Shown: positions 27,597-29,064 of the stretch, piece after piece
Layout: every line of letters starts with the position of its first letter
How positions within the stretch are numbered: position 1 is the stretch's first letter
UHGV virus genome: UHGV-0076264
Origin: a virus
Length of the DNA stretch: 29,064 nucleotides
Strand: one strand, 5' to 3'
Made by a program: the position numbers and the translations under genes
The notes under the pieces: model-generated
Database searches by the model: none
Told to the model about the DNA's origin: nothing
Seen by the model: the letters and a program-made list of their open reading frames with translations, nothing else

Positions 27597-27766
27597 TGGC
27601 TACACCGCTTATTCGTGTCATGAACGGACACATCTACAGAGTACCAGATCGTCGTAAGCGTAAACCGGAGCTGAAGCCTTCCGAAATACCAACACTGCTC
27701 GGATATACCGCCAGCCTGGTTGATAAAAAATGGTTGCGACTGGCAGCAAGGAGGAATCATGGCTGA
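27596..27766 (+). CDS. ninE: NinE-like small protein, 56 aa
   Basis: ORF read manually ([56 protein letters not shown]); start overlaps the upstream stop (TAATG) and its end overlaps the next gene (ATGGCTGA). Confidence 0.65.
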   Translation: MATPLIRVMNGHIYRVPDRRKRKPELKPSEIPTLLGYTASLVDKKWLRLAARRNHG

Positions 27767-28049
27767 TTTGAGAAAAGCAGCGCGTAGTCGGGAATGCCAG
27801 GTAAGAATCCCTGGCGTATGTAATGGCAACCCTGAAACGTCTGTACTGGCACATATCCGGCTGACTGGATTGTGCGGCACCGGTACCAAACCGCCAGACC
27901 TGATTGCCACCATTGCATGTTCTGCCTGCCACGACGAAATCGACCGCCGCACACATTTTGTCGATGCTGCATATGCAAAAGAATGCGCGCTGGAAGGTAT
28001 GGCGAGAACACAGGTTATCTGGCTGAAAGAGGGGGTTATTAAGGCGTGA
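27759..28049 (+). CDS. YbcO-like protein (DUF1364), 96 aa
   Basis: ORF 27720..28049 trimmed to ATG 27759 with AGGAGG RBS; Cys/His-rich ([22 protein letters not shown] ... CSACH). Confidence 0.7.
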   Translation: MADLRKAARSRECQVRIPGVCNGNPETSVLAHIRLTGLCGTGTKPPDLIATIACSACHDEIDRRTHFVDAAYAKECALEGMARTQVIWLKEGVIKA

Positions 28050-28408
28050 ATACCTACAGCATCACATTACCCTGGCCTCCGAGCAATAATCGCTATTACC
28101 GCCATAATCGCGGGCGCACGCACGTCAGCGCAGAGGGGCAGGCATACCGCGATAACGTCGCCCGAATCATTAAAAACGCAATGCTGGATATCGGCCTGGC
28201 TATGCCTGTGAAAATCCGCATTGAGTGCCACATGCCGGATCGCCGTCGCCGTGACCTGGATAATCTGCAAAAAGCCGCTTTTGACGCACTCACTAAAGCA
28301 GGTTTCTGGCTGGATGATGCTCAGGTCGTTGATTACCGCGTTGTGAAGATGCCTGTTACCAAAGGTGGGAGGCTGGAACTGACCATCACCGAAATGGGGA
28401 ATGAATGA
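28046..28408 (+). CDS. rusA: Holliday junction resolvase RusA, 120 aa
   Basis: [38 protein letters not shown]... matches RusA as recalled. Confidence 0.9.
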   Translation: MNTYSITLPWPPSNNRYYRHNRGRTHVSAEGQAYRDNVARIIKNAMLDIGLAMPVKIRIECHMPDRRRRDLDNLQKAAFDALTKAGFWLDDAQVVDYRVVKMPVTKGGRLELTITEMGNE

Positions 28409-28545
28409 TGTTTGAGTTTTATATGGCAGAACGTCTTCGCCACCGCTGGGGGCGTCTGCGCTTATATCGTTTCCCCGGTTCTGTTTTGACCGATTACCGA
28501 ATACTGAAGAATTACGCCAAAACCCTGACAGGAGCAGGAGTATGA
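28405..28545 (+). CDS. Small protein YlcG-like, 46 aa
   Basis: Manually read [49 protein letters not shown] overlapping the rusA stop; DLP12-like position. Confidence 0.5.
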   Translation: MMFEFYMAERLRHRWGRLRLYRFPGSVLTDYRILKNYAKTLTGAGV

Positions 28546-28630
28546 AGTCAGAGATAACAATCAACTAATACTGTTTCGTTGATTTTTGCTTGTAATTGGC
28601 GTTCTGGTCTGATTTTTGTGGAGTAAGTTG

Positions 28631-29014
28631 ATGCGTGATATTCAGATGGTTCTTGAGCGTTGGGGAGCGTGGGCGGCTAATAATCATGAAGATGTGACCT
28701 GGTCGTCCATTGCCGCCGGTTTTAAGGGATTAATTACTTCAAAAGTAAAATCTCGCCCGCAATGTTGTGACGATGACGCGATGATCATTTGCGGGTGCAT
28801 GGCCCGTCTGAAAAAGAACAACAGCGATTTGCACGATTTATTAGTAGATTATTATGTAGTCGGTATGACATTCATGTCACTGGCAGGTAAGCATTGCTGC
28901 TCTGATGGTTATATCGGGAAAAGGTTACAGAAGGCTGAGGGCATAATTGAAGGGATGTTAATGGCATTAGATATCCGGTTAGAGATGGATATCGTTGTTA
29001 ATAACTCTAATTAA
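28631..29014 (+). CDS. quuD: Late-gene antiterminator Q (QuuD-like), 127 aa
   Basis: [26 protein letters not shown]... with Cys-rich zinc-binding region; ORF trimmed to ATG 28631. Confidence 0.8.
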   Translation: MRDIQMVLERWGAWAANNHEDVTWSSIAAGFKGLITSKVKSRPQCCDDDAMIICGCMARLKKNNSDLHDLLVDYYVVGMTFMSLAGKHCCSDGYIGKRLQKAEGIIEGMLMALDIRLEMDIVVNNSN

Positions 29015-29064
29015 TACGCCAATTATTTACTAAAAGTTATTAAAAATGGGGCGTTGAAACGCCC

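Larger units (their letters stand above)
14526..29064. mobile_element. Lambdoid prophage (left part; right boundary outside window) integrated at the thrW att
   Basis: att, int, xis, exo, bet, gam, cI, cro, O, P, ren, nin-region genes, rusA and Q in canonical lambdoid order and orientation. Confidence 0.9.

Noticed and set aside
29047-29064. Hairpin GGCGTT-gaa-AACGCC after the Q gene, possible late-promoter/qut or terminator element
   Set aside because: Cut by the window end, so the downstream U-tract or promoter context cannot be assessed

Overview
The window reads as two mobile elements sharing one tRNA-Thr attachment site. Positions 1-14574 are the right-hand part of a CP4-6/CP4-57-type integrative island, all on the minus strand except one large plus-strand gene: a DUF932 gene, two secreted Cys-containing proteins, a WYL regulator, a GTPase, an IS5-family insertion sequence, a YagK-family gene and neighbouring unknowns, an AlpA-like gene and a P4-type integrase. 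Positions 14526-29064 are a lambdoid prophage with a P22-type integrase, lambda Red (exo/bet/gam), a cI/cro immunity region without an N gene, O/P/ren replication genes, and a DLP12-like nin region carrying emrE, a large serine recombinase, rusA and the Q antiterminator. The most interesting candidate is the plus-strand 883-aa gene (5705-8356): a PHP-like phosphoesterase fused to a Rad50/SbcC-like ABC ATPase, transcribed divergently from the island GTPase across a 1.07-kb ORF-free region containing a terminator hairpin, an operator-like palindrome and direct repeats. From memory this architecture matches the single-gene Ppl anti-phage family, so it may not be undescribed; I could not run a search to confirm. 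Secondary candidates are a 430-bp ORF-free segment with two unknown ORFs in the prophage nin region, and the N-less early region with a consensus boxA. All calls come from reading the sequence and recalled protein families; no database search was run.
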